From the NCBI GenBank assembly GCA_937954085.1, contig CALGAK010000125.1, forward strand, positions 43,224-107,223: a stretch of DNA of 64,000 nt, given 5' to 3'. This document shows positions 48,701-58,205 of this stretch, piece by piece; positions within the stretch are counted from its first letter, which is position 1; every line of letters begins with the position of its first letter. Below the pieces are notes generated by a model. It was not told the DNA's origin. It did no database searches and was given only the letters and a program-made list of their open reading frames with translations. Source of the DNA: an uncultured Bacteroidota bacterium. GTDB taxonomy: Bacteria; Bacteroidota; Bacteroidia; Bacteroidales; M50B96. A program made the translations under genes and the position numbers.

Positions 48701-51700
48701 ATGCTCGAGAGTTATCAACATATCATCAAAAAAATAGACGGGTTCATTCGTAAGTATTACATGAACCTGCTCATCCGTGGTGCACTCATCGCTGGAATCA
48801 TTGTGCTTGCCAGCTTCCTGCTCGTTACGGCACTAGAGTATGTGGGGCATTACTCTGTGCAAGTCAGAACCGTGTTGTTCTATTCCGTCTTGTCCCTGTA
48901 TCTGATCGTCTTCTACTTCTTCTTTCTCCGACCTTTACTCTGGTTTCTCGGTATAAAAAGAAAAATAGGCCGGAAACAAGCTGCAGAACTACTAGCCAAA
49001 TCTTTCCCCGAAATAAAAGATACCCTGATAAATCTCATCGAACTTAAAGAACTGTCGGAACAAAATGCTGCTCAAAACGACCTGATTCTGGCAAGTATCC
49101 AACAACGCTCGGAATGGCTATCTCCCGTTCCCTTTGTTAAAGCCGTAAAGTTCCAAACCAATTTCAAATGGTTGGCTTGGTTTAGCTTGCCACTCTCGAT
49201 TCTTTTACTGCTCTTACTCATTCATCCAAACCTAATTAGCTCTGGTACAGAGCGAATTATCAAGCATCGGGAATATTTCGAAATTCCATTACCTTTTTCC
49301 TTCCACCTTTTAAACGATTCGCTCGAGGTCGAAAAAGGAAACGATTTCGAAATCGTGCTGCAAATGGAAGGCTCCGAAATTCCCGATCAAGTCTTCCTCG
49401 AATACAGTGGAACTCGCTTCCTAATGACAAAAGTGCAAACAGGTCGCTTTACCTACTCCTATCGAAACTTGTATAATCCGGTTAGCTTTCAGTTTTATGC
49501 CAATGGGGTCAATTCAAAAAAATATACCATCCAGGTGCTTCCAACGCCTACTATTTTGAACTTTAAGCTCAAAGTGCAACCTCCTTCCTATACCGGGGAA
49601 GAAATGCAGGAATTTTCGAATATTGGCGATGTATCCGTTCCACAAGGCTCTATCCTAACCTGGAATATTCAAACAAACGATCTGGATAGTCTTAGCCTCT
49701 CGCTTGCCGATACAACACTCGCCTTACAACAAATTGATAATCAACATTATCAATGGGAAAAATCCATTCTAAAGTCTCAAAAATATACCATCTCTGCAGC
49801 AAATGAATTCATTCGCAAAGAGAACCTGCTTTCCTTCTTCATCGAAGTGATTCCCGATGTAGCTCCCGCTATCGAAGTGGTCCAAAGTCAAGATAGCCTA
49901 CAGCCACAATACTACTATTTTAAAGGTGGAATCTCCGACGATTACGGATTTACAAAATTGCAATTCATTTTGGAGTTAAATGGCGAAATCGATTCGGTTA
50001 TCAATATCCCATTTTATAAAGAGACACTTAGCCAATCGTTCTATTATGCCTTCAATTTCGCAGGCTTAAAGCTGTCGAACGAGGCTACTCTCGATTATTA
50101 TTTCGAGGTTAGCGACAACGATGAAGTCAACGGCTACAAAACAACTCGAAGCCAAAAGTATTCCTTCTATATTCCCGGAAAAGAAGAATTGGAAAATCTT
50201 TCCGAACAAAGCAATGAGAAGATGGAGGAAATCTTGCGTGAATCGTCCAAAATGGCTGAAAAAATGCGCAAAGACCTCGAGGAACTCAAAAAGAAATCGC
50301 TTACCGAAGATCTTTCAAACTGGGAAAAGAAGGAGATGATTCAAAATCTCATGAACCAGCAGAAGTCTCTCGAAGAAATGATTCAAGAGGTAAAACAGGA
50401 AAATGCGGTCAAAAATCAAATGGAGAATACCTTCGATCCAATGAGTCAGGAACTGTTCGAAAAACAGCAGCAACTCGAAGAATTGATGGAGGAATTGTTC
50501 GATGATGAACTGAAAGAGTTGCTCGACGAACTGCGAAACATGCAGGAACAATTGGACGAGAAACAACTCAATGAACTTACAAAGGATTTGGAGTTCAGCA
50601 TGGAAGATCTGAATAAACGCTTAGATCAAAGCCTCGAACAGTTGCGTAAATTTGAGGTGGAACAAAAAATTGAAAAAAGCATCGAGGAACTGAAGGAACT
50701 TGCCAAAGAGCAACAGGAGCTTTCGGAAAATATCGATGAAAAGGGAGTGGGAGAGGAGCAGCAAAAAAAGAACGAGGAACAGGAAAAACGATTCGAAAAA
50801 GCAATGGAAAACTACCAGGAAGCCCTGGAGAAAAACGAAGAGCTAAAACGTCCGATGGATCTCGATGCCATGGATAAGGACCAACAAGAAGTGAAGGATC
50901 AGTTCCAGGAAAGTAACCAGGAAATGCAAAAAGGAAACGATAAGAAAAGTTCCTCAAGTGCCAAAAAGAATGCACAGAAACTGCAAGAAATGGCTCAAAA
51001 AATCGACATGAAAATGAAGTCGATGAAGAAGAAGAAACAATCAGAAGATATCGATAACTTAAGGCAGATCATGGAAAACCTAATCAAGTTTAGCTTTAAC
51101 CAGGAGGACTTGATGGTCGAAACGGGAGAACTTGACCCCTTCAACCCTCGTATAAACGATATCGTCATTCAACAAAACAAAATTAAAAACGATTTTACCA
51201 TCATCAAGGATAGCCTCGATGCTCTTGTTATAAGAAACCCCATGGCAGGAAATGGAATCAATCCCGACTTGCTTACCATTCGTAAGAAAATGGCCTTACT
51301 GGAAGGAGCATTTGAGGAATTGAACCTAGGCTTCATTACCAGGGAACAACAATTCATCATGACTTCCGCCAATAATCTGGCACTACTGCTGTCGGAAACC
51401 CTCGACCAAATGATGCAAGAAATGAACAGCATGGGTGGAAAATCCGATGGCGAGCAAGATTGTGAAAAACCTGGTTCTCAAAGCGAAGGATTCGAAGGAT
51501 TAAAGGAAATGCAACAAGGGCTAAAAGAGCAAATCCAGAAAATGATGGAGCAAATGCAACAAGGAAAGGGAACGGGACAACAACCTGGTAATTCGGGGCT
51601 AAATCGGCAAATCGCTCAAATGATGGCGCAGCAGGAAATTTTTAAGGATATGCTCCAAAAAATGAACGGACAAGAAGGCCTCTCACAGGATACTCGCGAA

Positions 51701-52021
51701 ATTCTCAAAGAAATCAATAAAATGGTGGAAGATAGCGAACGGGATGTGGTGAATAAAAAAATTACCAAAGAACTCTTTAAACGTCAGGAAGAAATTTTAA
51801 CCCGACTCCTCGAGGCAGAAGAATCCGAGAATCAACGAGAAATTGAAGAGAAAAGGGAATCGAAAGAAAATAAATCCAACGAAATTAGTAATCCCGAAGA
51901 CTATTTTAAACAGAAAAAAGAGTGGGAGAATGATGTTGAAATAATTGAATATCAGGAAATTAAGTTAAATAATTATTACCGAAAACGTTATAATAATTTC
52001 ATACAACGTCTTACAAATTAA
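48701..52021 (+). CDS. Large membrane-anchored coiled-coil protein of unknown function
   Basis: The ATG lies 3 nt after the M23 stop. It has three N-terminal hydrophobic helices, a beta-rich middle part, an E/K/Q-rich region at about 50175-51050 and a Q/M-rich segment. It is possibly DUF4175-type, but this is unverified. Confidence 0.6.
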   Translation: MLESYQHIIKKIDGFIRKYYMNLLIRGALIAGIIVLASFLLVTALEYVGHYSVQVRTVLFYSVLSLYLIVFYFFFLRPLLWFLGIKRKIGRKQAAELLAKSFPEIKDTLINLIELKELSEQNAAQNDLILASIQQRSEWLSPVPFVKAVKFQTNFKWLAWFSLPLSILLLLLLIHPNLISSGTERIIKHREYFEIPLPFSFHLLNDSLEVEKGNDFEIVLQMEGSEIPDQVFLEYSGTRFLMTKVQTGRFTYSYRNLYNPVSFQFYANGVNSKKYTIQVLPTPTILNFKLKVQPPSYTGEEMQEFSNIGDVSVPQGSILTWNIQTNDLDSLSLSLADTTLALQQIDNQHYQWEKSILKSQKYTISAANEFIRKENLLSFFIEVIPDVAPAIEVVQSQDSLQPQYYYFKGGISDDYGFTKLQFILELNGEIDSVINIPFYKETLSQSFYYAFNFAGLKLSNEATLDYYFEVSDNDEVNGYKTTRSQKYSFYIPGKEELENLSEQSNEKMEEILRESSKMAEKMRKDLEELKKKSLTEDLSNWEKKEMIQNLMNQQKSLEEMIQEVKQENAVKNQMENTFDPMSQELFEKQQQLEELMEELFDDELKELLDELRNMQEQLDEKQLNELTKDLEFSMEDLNKRLDQSLEQLRKFEVEQKIEKSIEELKELAKEQQELSENIDEKGVGEEQQKKNEEQEKRFEKAMENYQEALEKNEELKRPMDLDAMDKDQQEVKDQFQESNQEMQKGNDKKSSSSAKKNAQKLQEMAQKIDMKMKSMKKKKQSEDIDNLRQIMENLIKFSFNQEDLMVETGELDPFNPRINDIVIQQNKIKNDFTIIKDSLDALVIRNPMAGNGINPDLLTIRKKMALLEGAFEELNLGFITREQQFIMTSANNLALLLSETLDQMMQEMNSMGGKSDGEQDCEKPGSQSEGFEGLKEMQQGLKEQIQKMMEQMQQGKGTGQQPGNSGLNRQIAQMMAQQEIFKDMLQKMNGQEGLSQDTREILKEINKMVEDSERDVVNKKITKELFKRQEEILTRLLEAEESENQREIEEKRESKENKSNEISNPEDYFKQKKEWENDVEIIEYQEIKLNNYYRKRYNNFIQRLTN

Positions 52022-52025
52022 ACTT

Positions 52026-52448
52026 ATGGATATTTATTTCCACAGCGAAGAAATTGAATTCACCTACTCAAGGCAGCAAGAAATGAAAAACGTTCTGGAT
52101 AAGCTCGTTACCGACAACGATATGCAGATGGGCACCCTGAATGTTATTTTTTGTTCCGACGAGTATTTGCTACAAATGAATCGCGATTATTTGCAGCACG
52201 ACTACTATACCGATATCATCACGTTCAATTATAACGAAGCAAATTTTATTTCTGGCGATTTATTCATCAGTATCGACCGGGTAAACGAAAATGCGGAAAG
52301 TCTTGGCGTAGAATCCATGCATGAGCTTAACAGGGTCATTATTCACGGGGTCTTGCATCTTGTCGGATTCAACGATAAGTCAGAGCAAGAAAAAACCGAA
52401 ATGACCCTGCAGGAGGATTTATACCTCAACAAACTACAACAAGCATAA
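52026..52448 (+). CDS. ybeY: rRNA maturation endoribonuclease YbeY
   Basis: The zinc motif reads HGVLHLVGFND. Confidence 0.9.
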   Translation: MDIYFHSEEIEFTYSRQQEMKNVLDKLVTDNDMQMGTLNVIFCSDEYLLQMNRDYLQHDYYTDIITFNYNEANFISGDLFISIDRVNENAESLGVESMHELNRVIIHGVLHLVGFNDKSEQEKTEMTLQEDLYLNKLQQA

Positions 52449-52490
52449 AATGATGTTGTAAACGGATGTTTGAATTTTATTTTGAAAACT

Positions 52491-54365
52491 ATGCTACCTC
52501 AGTACGATATTATTGTTGTGGGCGCAGGTCATGCTGGCTGCGAAGCCGCCGCTGCTGCCGCAAACATGGGCTCTAAAGTCTTGCTCATTACAATGGACCT
52601 GACTAAAACAGGTCAAATGAGCTGTAACCCTGCCATTGGGGGAATCGCTAAAGGTCAGATCGTTCGCGAAATCGATGCATTAGGAGGTTATACCGGGATT
52701 GTTACCGATCGAAGCATGATTCAATTCAGAATGCTGAATCAGTCGAAAGGACCAGCTATGTGGAGTCCTCGTGCGCAATGCGACCGTTTTCAGTTTACCC
52801 GAACTTGGCGCGATGTGTTGGAGCAAATACCCAACCTCGATTTTTGGCAGGACATGGTGAGCGAACTTCTTTTCGAAAGTGACCGCCTGGTCGGTGTTAA
52901 GACAAGGCAAGGAATTCCCTTTCATTCCAAAGCAGTTATTCTCACCAATGGTACTTTCCTGAATGGTGTCATGCATGTCGGAAAATCAAAAGTTAAAGGA
53001 GGACGCGATAGCGAACCACCAGCGATGGGTTTAACCGAACAACTCTTTCAACTCGGTTTTACTACCGGTCGGATGAAAACAGGAACCCCGGCAAGAATCG
53101 ATGGACGATCGATCGACTTTTCAAAGTTACAAGAACAAAAAGGCGATGAGGGTAGGGCGCAATTCAGTTACCTTCCTGGTACTCGTCCCGAGGTGGATCA
53201 GCGTAGTTGCTGGATTGCACATACCAATACCGATGTCCATGATAGTTTGCGTATTGGATTCATGGATTCGCCGCTCTTTAACGGCGATATTCAAGGAATC
53301 GGACCTCGCTATTGTCCCAGTATCGAAGATAAGGTCGTTACTTTTGCGGAAAAGAATAGCCACCAACTCTTTTTAGAGCCGGAAGGTCACGATACCATCG
53401 AATACTATTTGAATGGCTTTAGTTCTAGTTTGCCCTGGGATGTACAACTCCGTTCCCTGCAAAGAATTCCTGGATTTGAAAACGTGCGCATCTTTCGTCC
53501 GGGTTATGCCATCGAATACGACTTTTTCGATCCCACTCAACTGAATGCAACCTTGGAAACCAAGCTCTGCGAGAATCTATATTTTGCTGGACAAATTAAT
53601 GGTACTACGGGTTACGAAGAGGCTGGTGCACAAGGCATCATGGCAGGTATCAATGCACATTTGAAGGTTCGAGGTAAGGACGCTTTTACCCTGGGTCGTT
53701 CAGAGGCTTATATCGGCGTTTTAATCGACGACCTTATCACCAAAGGAGTGGATGAACCTTACCGAATGTTCACGAGTCGTGCAGAGTATCGCATTTTATT
53801 GCGGCAGGATAATGCTGACTATCGATTAACAGAACGTTCCTATCAGATAGGTCTGGCTTCGGAAGAACGATATCGCATCATGCGCGACAAGTATCAATGG
53901 GTCGATCGTTTAATCGAGAAACTAAGGACCTTCAGTATTAAACCTGAGTTCATTAATCCTTTGTTGGAAAAACTAGGAACTAGTCCTGTTAAACAACGTA
54001 CTCGTCTTTACGATATCATTCTTCGTCCGCAAGTGAGTATTTATGATTTGAAGGAAATTGAAGGTCCTGTCGAGAAGATGCTATCTTTCGATCATCCTTC
54101 AGCCAGTGAAATTTTAGAAGCAGCAGAGATTAGCATCAAATACAGTGGCTATATCGATCGAGAAAAACAAATAGCTGATAAGATTAAGCGCTTAGAGCAT
54201 ATTAAAATTCACTCCGATTTCGATTATCAGAGTTTACATTCTCTTAGTACCGAAGCTCGTCAAAAACTCACTAAAATAAAGCCTGCATCCATCGGTCAGG
54301 CAAGTCGTATTTCCGGAGTGAGCCCTAGTGATATAAATGTGCTGCTGGTTTTCTTAGGAAGATAA
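52491..54365 (+). CDS. mnmG: tRNA uridine-5-carboxymethylaminomethyl modification enzyme MnmG (GidA)
   Basis: Diagnostic segments are YDIIVVGAGHAGCEAA, NPAIGGIAKG and GQINGTTGYEEAGAQG. The tracked ORF begins at a TTG at 52470, and the ATG is at 52491. Confidence 0.95.
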   Translation: MLPQYDIIVVGAGHAGCEAAAAAANMGSKVLLITMDLTKTGQMSCNPAIGGIAKGQIVREIDALGGYTGIVTDRSMIQFRMLNQSKGPAMWSPRAQCDRFQFTRTWRDVLEQIPNLDFWQDMVSELLFESDRLVGVKTRQGIPFHSKAVILTNGTFLNGVMHVGKSKVKGGRDSEPPAMGLTEQLFQLGFTTGRMKTGTPARIDGRSIDFSKLQEQKGDEGRAQFSYLPGTRPEVDQRSCWIAHTNTDVHDSLRIGFMDSPLFNGDIQGIGPRYCPSIEDKVVTFAEKNSHQLFLEPEGHDTIEYYLNGFSSSLPWDVQLRSLQRIPGFENVRIFRPGYAIEYDFFDPTQLNATLETKLCENLYFAGQINGTTGYEEAGAQGIMAGINAHLKVRGKDAFTLGRSEAYIGVLIDDLITKGVDEPYRMFTSRAEYRILLRQDNADYRLTERSYQIGLASEERYRIMRDKYQWVDRLIEKLRTFSIKPEFINPLLEKLGTSPVKQRTRLYDIILRPQVSIYDLKEIEGPVEKMLSFDHPSASEILEAAEISIKYSGYIDREKQIADKIKRLEHIKIHSDFDYQSLHSLSTEARQKLTKIKPASIGQASRISGVSPSDINVLLVFLGR

Positions 54366-54393
54366 GCTAAATTGGTGCTGTTTTAAAATGCGT

Positions 54394-54407
54394 GTTCCAC
54401 GTGGAAC
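54394..54407. promoter_or_regulatory. Perfect 14-bp palindrome GTTCCACGTGGAAC (copy 1)
   Basis: It was read directly from the sequence and lies in the mnmG-ade intergenic region. Confidence 0.5.
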
Positions 54408-54446
54408 GCGACGAGTTTTACTGCGGATTCTCAATTGAAGAACAAT

Positions 54447-54464
54447 CTGTTCCACGTGGAACAG
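54447..54464. promoter_or_regulatory. Perfect 18-bp palindrome CTGTTCCACGTGGAACAG (copy 2)
   Basis: It was read directly from the sequence. It ends 46 nt upstream of the ade ATG and is centred 55 bp from copy 1. Confidence 0.5.
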
Positions 54465-54509
54465 CCTTCGAAGTGGTTGATACTATTGAATTTCAAAAAA
54501 AATACTCCT

Positions 54510-56183
54510 ATGGAAAAAGCTGGTTTTACAATTCAAGGCAAATTAGTCGATGTTGTTCATCGCAAAATTTTTAATGCCGAAGTTCGGGTAGAAAATGGAA
54601 TAATTCAACAAGTTAACCCCATCGATCAGGCTCCAAACATTTTTATTGCTCCCGGTTTTGTGAATGCGCATGTGCATATCGAAAGCTCGATGTTATCGCC
54701 AGTGCAGTTTTCCAAATTAGCAATGAAAGCTGGTACCGTCGCAGTTGTATCCGATCCCCACGAAATAACCAACGTTTGTGGCTTAGAAGGATTCGATTAC
54801 ATGCACCGAAATGCTACCCAAACTCCTCTCAAGGTTTTCCTGGGTGCTCCTTCCTGCGTCCCGGCAACTCCCTTCGAAACCAGTGGCGCCATTATCTCCG
54901 CAAAAGATGTCGCTCATCTAATTGATACTTACCAGTTGAAGTTCCTTTCTGAAATGATGAACTTCCCCGGCGTCGTTTTCGACGATCCAGAGGTTTCGCT
55001 TAAATTGAAAGAAGCTCAAAAACGCAAGGTAAAAATCGATGGACATGCTCCCGGTTTGAGCGGACAACAGCTGGAGAAGTACGTGCAAGCCGGAATATCC
55101 ACCGACCATGAATGCACCACGATAGAGGAAGCAAGAGAAAAAATTAACCTTGGAATGAAAATCCTCATCCGAGAGGGTAGTGCTGCCAAAGATTTCGATG
55201 CGCTCAATGCACTCATTGATGAATATCCAAACGAGGTGATGTTATGCACCGACGATTCCCACCCCGACGATCTGGTAAAAGGACACATCAATCTAATCGT
55301 AGCCAAAGCACTTCGCAATAAACGCGACTTTTTCAACGTGCTTCGGGCTGCATCCTATAACCCGATTAAACATTATCAGCTGGAGGTTGGATTATTGCAA
55401 GTAGGCGATCCGGCCGATTTTATCCTTATCGACTCATTCGAAGAAGCTTCCGTTATAGCTACCTTTATCGACGGGGTGCAAGTTTTCGATGGAAAAGAGT
55501 TGACTATCGAGTTGCACGACACTCCTGGTGTGAATCAGTTTTTTGCCGAAAATGTCGCTCCAAACGATCTGAAAATTGAAAATAAAGGTTTACCTATTCG
55601 CGTAATCGAAGCATTCGACGGTTCGCTCTTGACGGGAGAATCAACCCATCTGTTCCCATCCAATCAAGCATTTCTCGAGTCGGACGTAGCAAATGATATT
55701 CTAAAGCTTGTCGTTATTAATCGCTACAAACCGAGTAAACCTCAAATTGCTTTTATAAAAAAGTTTGGGCTCAAAAAAGGAGCAATTGCCTCCTGCATTG
55801 CGCACGACAGTCACAATATCATTGCCGTAGGGACGAACGACCGCGACCTGCAAGCGGCTATCAATAGCATCATGACGAATCAAGGTGGAATTGCCATCGC
55901 TCATGGTGAATATCAGCAAGCGCTTCCGCTGCCAATTGGTGGAATCATGACGAATGAAGATGGGGTAGTGGTAGCAGAAAAATACCTCGACCTGCAAGCG
56001 AAAGTCCACGAGTGGGGATCGCCGCTACGTGCTCCATTCATGACGCTTTCCTTTATGGCACTGTTGGTTATTCCTAGTTTGAAATTGGGCGATCAGGGAC
56101 TATTCGATGTAAACCTTTTTCAATTTACCGATTTGTTTCATTCGACCGATAATCGGGATAAACTAAGTGAAACAATTGCTTAA
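54510..56183 (+). CDS. ade: Adenine deaminase
   Basis: Diagnostic segments are GFVNAHVHIESSML, KIDGHAPG and CTDDSHP. The start was moved to the ATG at 54510, because the tracked 5' extension is created by the palindromes. Confidence 0.88.
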   Translation: MEKAGFTIQGKLVDVVHRKIFNAEVRVENGIIQQVNPIDQAPNIFIAPGFVNAHVHIESSMLSPVQFSKLAMKAGTVAVVSDPHEITNVCGLEGFDYMHRNATQTPLKVFLGAPSCVPATPFETSGAIISAKDVAHLIDTYQLKFLSEMMNFPGVVFDDPEVSLKLKEAQKRKVKIDGHAPGLSGQQLEKYVQAGISTDHECTTIEEAREKINLGMKILIREGSAAKDFDALNALIDEYPNEVMLCTDDSHPDDLVKGHINLIVAKALRNKRDFFNVLRAASYNPIKHYQLEVGLLQVGDPADFILIDSFEEASVIATFIDGVQVFDGKELTIELHDTPGVNQFFAENVAPNDLKIENKGLPIRVIEAFDGSLLTGESTHLFPSNQAFLESDVANDILKLVVINRYKPSKPQIAFIKKFGLKKGAIASCIAHDSHNIIAVGTNDRDLQAAINSIMTNQGGIAIAHGEYQQALPLPIGGIMTNEDGVVVAEKYLDLQAKVHEWGSPLRAPFMTLSFMALLVIPSLKLGDQGLFDVNLFQFTDLFHSTDNRDKLSETIA

Positions 56184-56201
56184 GACCTCCGCCTATCCCG
56201 C

Positions 56202-57992
56202 ATGGAATTAGAACGACAAATAAAAAATTTGCCTGAAACACCTGGTGTTTACCAATTCCTCGACTCTCAAGGGAAAATTATTTATGTAGGGAAGGCTAAA
56301 AATCTTAAAAAACGCGTCAGTTCTTACTTTACTAAAAACCACGAACACGGAAAAACGGCTGTGCTCGTGCGCAAAATTCATTCTATCGAACACATTGTGG
56401 TCGATTCGGAACAGGATGCCTTATTGCTCGAAAATAACCTGATAAAGAACTACCAACCGCGCTATAATGTGTTACTCAAGGACGATAAAACCTTCCCCTG
56501 GGTCGTTATCCGAAAAGAAGCCTTTCCGCGCGTACACAGTACCAGAAACCGAACCAACGATGGTTCGGAATATTTTGGACCCTTTACAAGCGCTCGATCT
56601 GTGCGAATTATTCTCGATTTGATTCAGCAGGTTTACAAACTTAGAACCTGTTCCCTTCCTCTAAGCCCGGAGGCTATTCAGGAAAAACGATTCAAACCTT
56701 GCCTCGAATATCATATTGGTAATTGTCATGCCCCATGCATAGGCAAGCAAACAGAAAAAGATTACAACGAGAGTATTCAAGTAGTTCGGAAAATTCTTAA
56801 AGGAAACCTCTCTTCGGTGCTTAGTTACCTCAAAACTTGGATGGCAGATGCTGCCGAACAGTATCAGTTTGAATTAGCTCAAAGTTTTAAAGAGAAAATT
56901 GAACTGATCAAGAAATTTCAGAGTCGATCTACCGTGGTCTCCGCCAAAATCTCGAATGTCGATGTCTTTTCACTCTACGATGCCGATCCCTACGTATATG
57001 TGAATTATCTCCGACTAATCGAAGGGAGTATTATTCAAGCACACACCATGGAATTGAAACGAAAACTCAATGAATCGAACGAAGAGCTGCTTACACTTGC
57101 CATTACAGAGATCAGAACGGCAGTTTACAGTACCTCCTCCGAAATCATTCTCCCTTTCAAAATTGATTATCCGGTAAGCGGATTAAAAATTACCGTTCCA
57201 ATGGTAGGAGAGAAAAAGGATTTACTGGATTTATCGCTCCGAAATGCCCGATTATTTGGCATGGAAAAGAAGAAAATGCGAGGGGAACAATCACGCCTAA
57301 AACCGGTCAATCGGATACTGAAAACTTTGCAAGAAGATTTATCGCTTTCGAAACTACCCGTCCATATTGAATGTTTTGATAACTCTAATATTCAGGGAAC
57401 CAACCCAGTAGCTTCCTGTGTGGTCTTTTTAAATGCCAAGCCGGCTAAAAAGGAATACCGTCATTTTCACATCAAAACCGTTGAGGGACCGAACGATTTT
57501 GCCAGTATGGAAGAGATTATCGAGCGGCGGTACAGTCGTTTACTGAAAGAAGAAAAATCGCTTCCTCAGTTAATTGTAATCGATGGAGGTAAAGGGCAAT
57601 TGAATGCCGCAGTCAATAGCCTGGATAAATTAGGTTTGAGGCATCAAATCGCTATAGTTGGGATCGCAAAACGATTGGAGGAAATTTATTTTCCCGACGA
57701 TCCGCTTCCCCTTTATCTCGACAAAACAAGCGAATCTCTTCGCATTTTGCAGCACCTGAGAAATGAAGCGCATCGTTTTGCTATCACTTTTCACCGAAAC
57801 ATACGTAGTAAAAGCTTTCTCAAATCCGAATTAGAAGGAATTAAAGGTATCGGTCCACAAACCATCCAAGAAGTTTTAAAGCATTTGAAATCAGATGAAT
57901 CGATAAAATATTTAAGGGTTGATCAACTTAGCAATTGGATTCCGAAGTCTAAAGCAATACTTATAGTTAATCACTTCAAAACTAAGTCATAA
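56202..57992 (+). CDS. uvrC: Excinuclease ABC subunit C
   Basis: The GIY-YIG motif reads PGVYQFLDSQGKIIYVGKAKNLKKRVSSYF. An RNase H-like endonuclease domain and a C-terminal HhH (LEGIKGIGPQT) are present. Confidence 0.95.
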   Translation: MELERQIKNLPETPGVYQFLDSQGKIIYVGKAKNLKKRVSSYFTKNHEHGKTAVLVRKIHSIEHIVVDSEQDALLLENNLIKNYQPRYNVLLKDDKTFPWVVIRKEAFPRVHSTRNRTNDGSEYFGPFTSARSVRIILDLIQQVYKLRTCSLPLSPEAIQEKRFKPCLEYHIGNCHAPCIGKQTEKDYNESIQVVRKILKGNLSSVLSYLKTWMADAAEQYQFELAQSFKEKIELIKKFQSRSTVVSAKISNVDVFSLYDADPYVYVNYLRLIEGSIIQAHTMELKRKLNESNEELLTLAITEIRTAVYSTSSEIILPFKIDYPVSGLKITVPMVGEKKDLLDLSLRNARLFGMEKKKMRGEQSRLKPVNRILKTLQEDLSLSKLPVHIECFDNSNIQGTNPVASCVVFLNAKPAKKEYRHFHIKTVEGPNDFASMEEIIERRYSRLLKEEKSLPQLIVIDGGKGQLNAAVNSLDKLGLRHQIAIVGIAKRLEEIYFPDDPLPLYLDKTSESLRILQHLRNEAHRFAITFHRNIRSKSFLKSELEGIKGIGPQTIQEVLKHLKSDESIKYLRVDQLSNWIPKSKAILIVNHFKTKS

Positions 57993-58205
57993 GTACTAAA
58001 TAAATTGCTAATTACTTTTCTGTAAAATTTAGTTCACAAGTTTGTAAACAAAAGTGCTGAATCCCGCTCTAAATCAGATGTTCAGACCATCATTATTAAA
58101 TTGTTTATAATTTGTTTATTACTTTTATGTTCTCTATATTTACTGCTTATTTTAGGTAAAATCTAAGTTTTGAAGGAAGATAAATTTGTGGAGTACAAAA
58201 AAAGT

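Noticed and set aside
50315-50975. Antisense ORFs of 83 and 126 aa lie inside the large coiled-coil gene.
   Set aside because: They are low-complexity mirror products of the GAA/AAG-rich coding strand, with L/F/P-rich nonsense composition. They overlap a much longer coherent ORF entirely.
54392-54574. A 60-aa ORF (MFHVERDEF...VPRGTAFEV), together with the 25-codon 5' extension of the ade ORF.
   Set aside because: Both are translation artefacts of the two GTTCCACGTGGAAC palindromes, which read FHVE / VPRGT. Adenine deaminase homology starts at the ATG at 54510.
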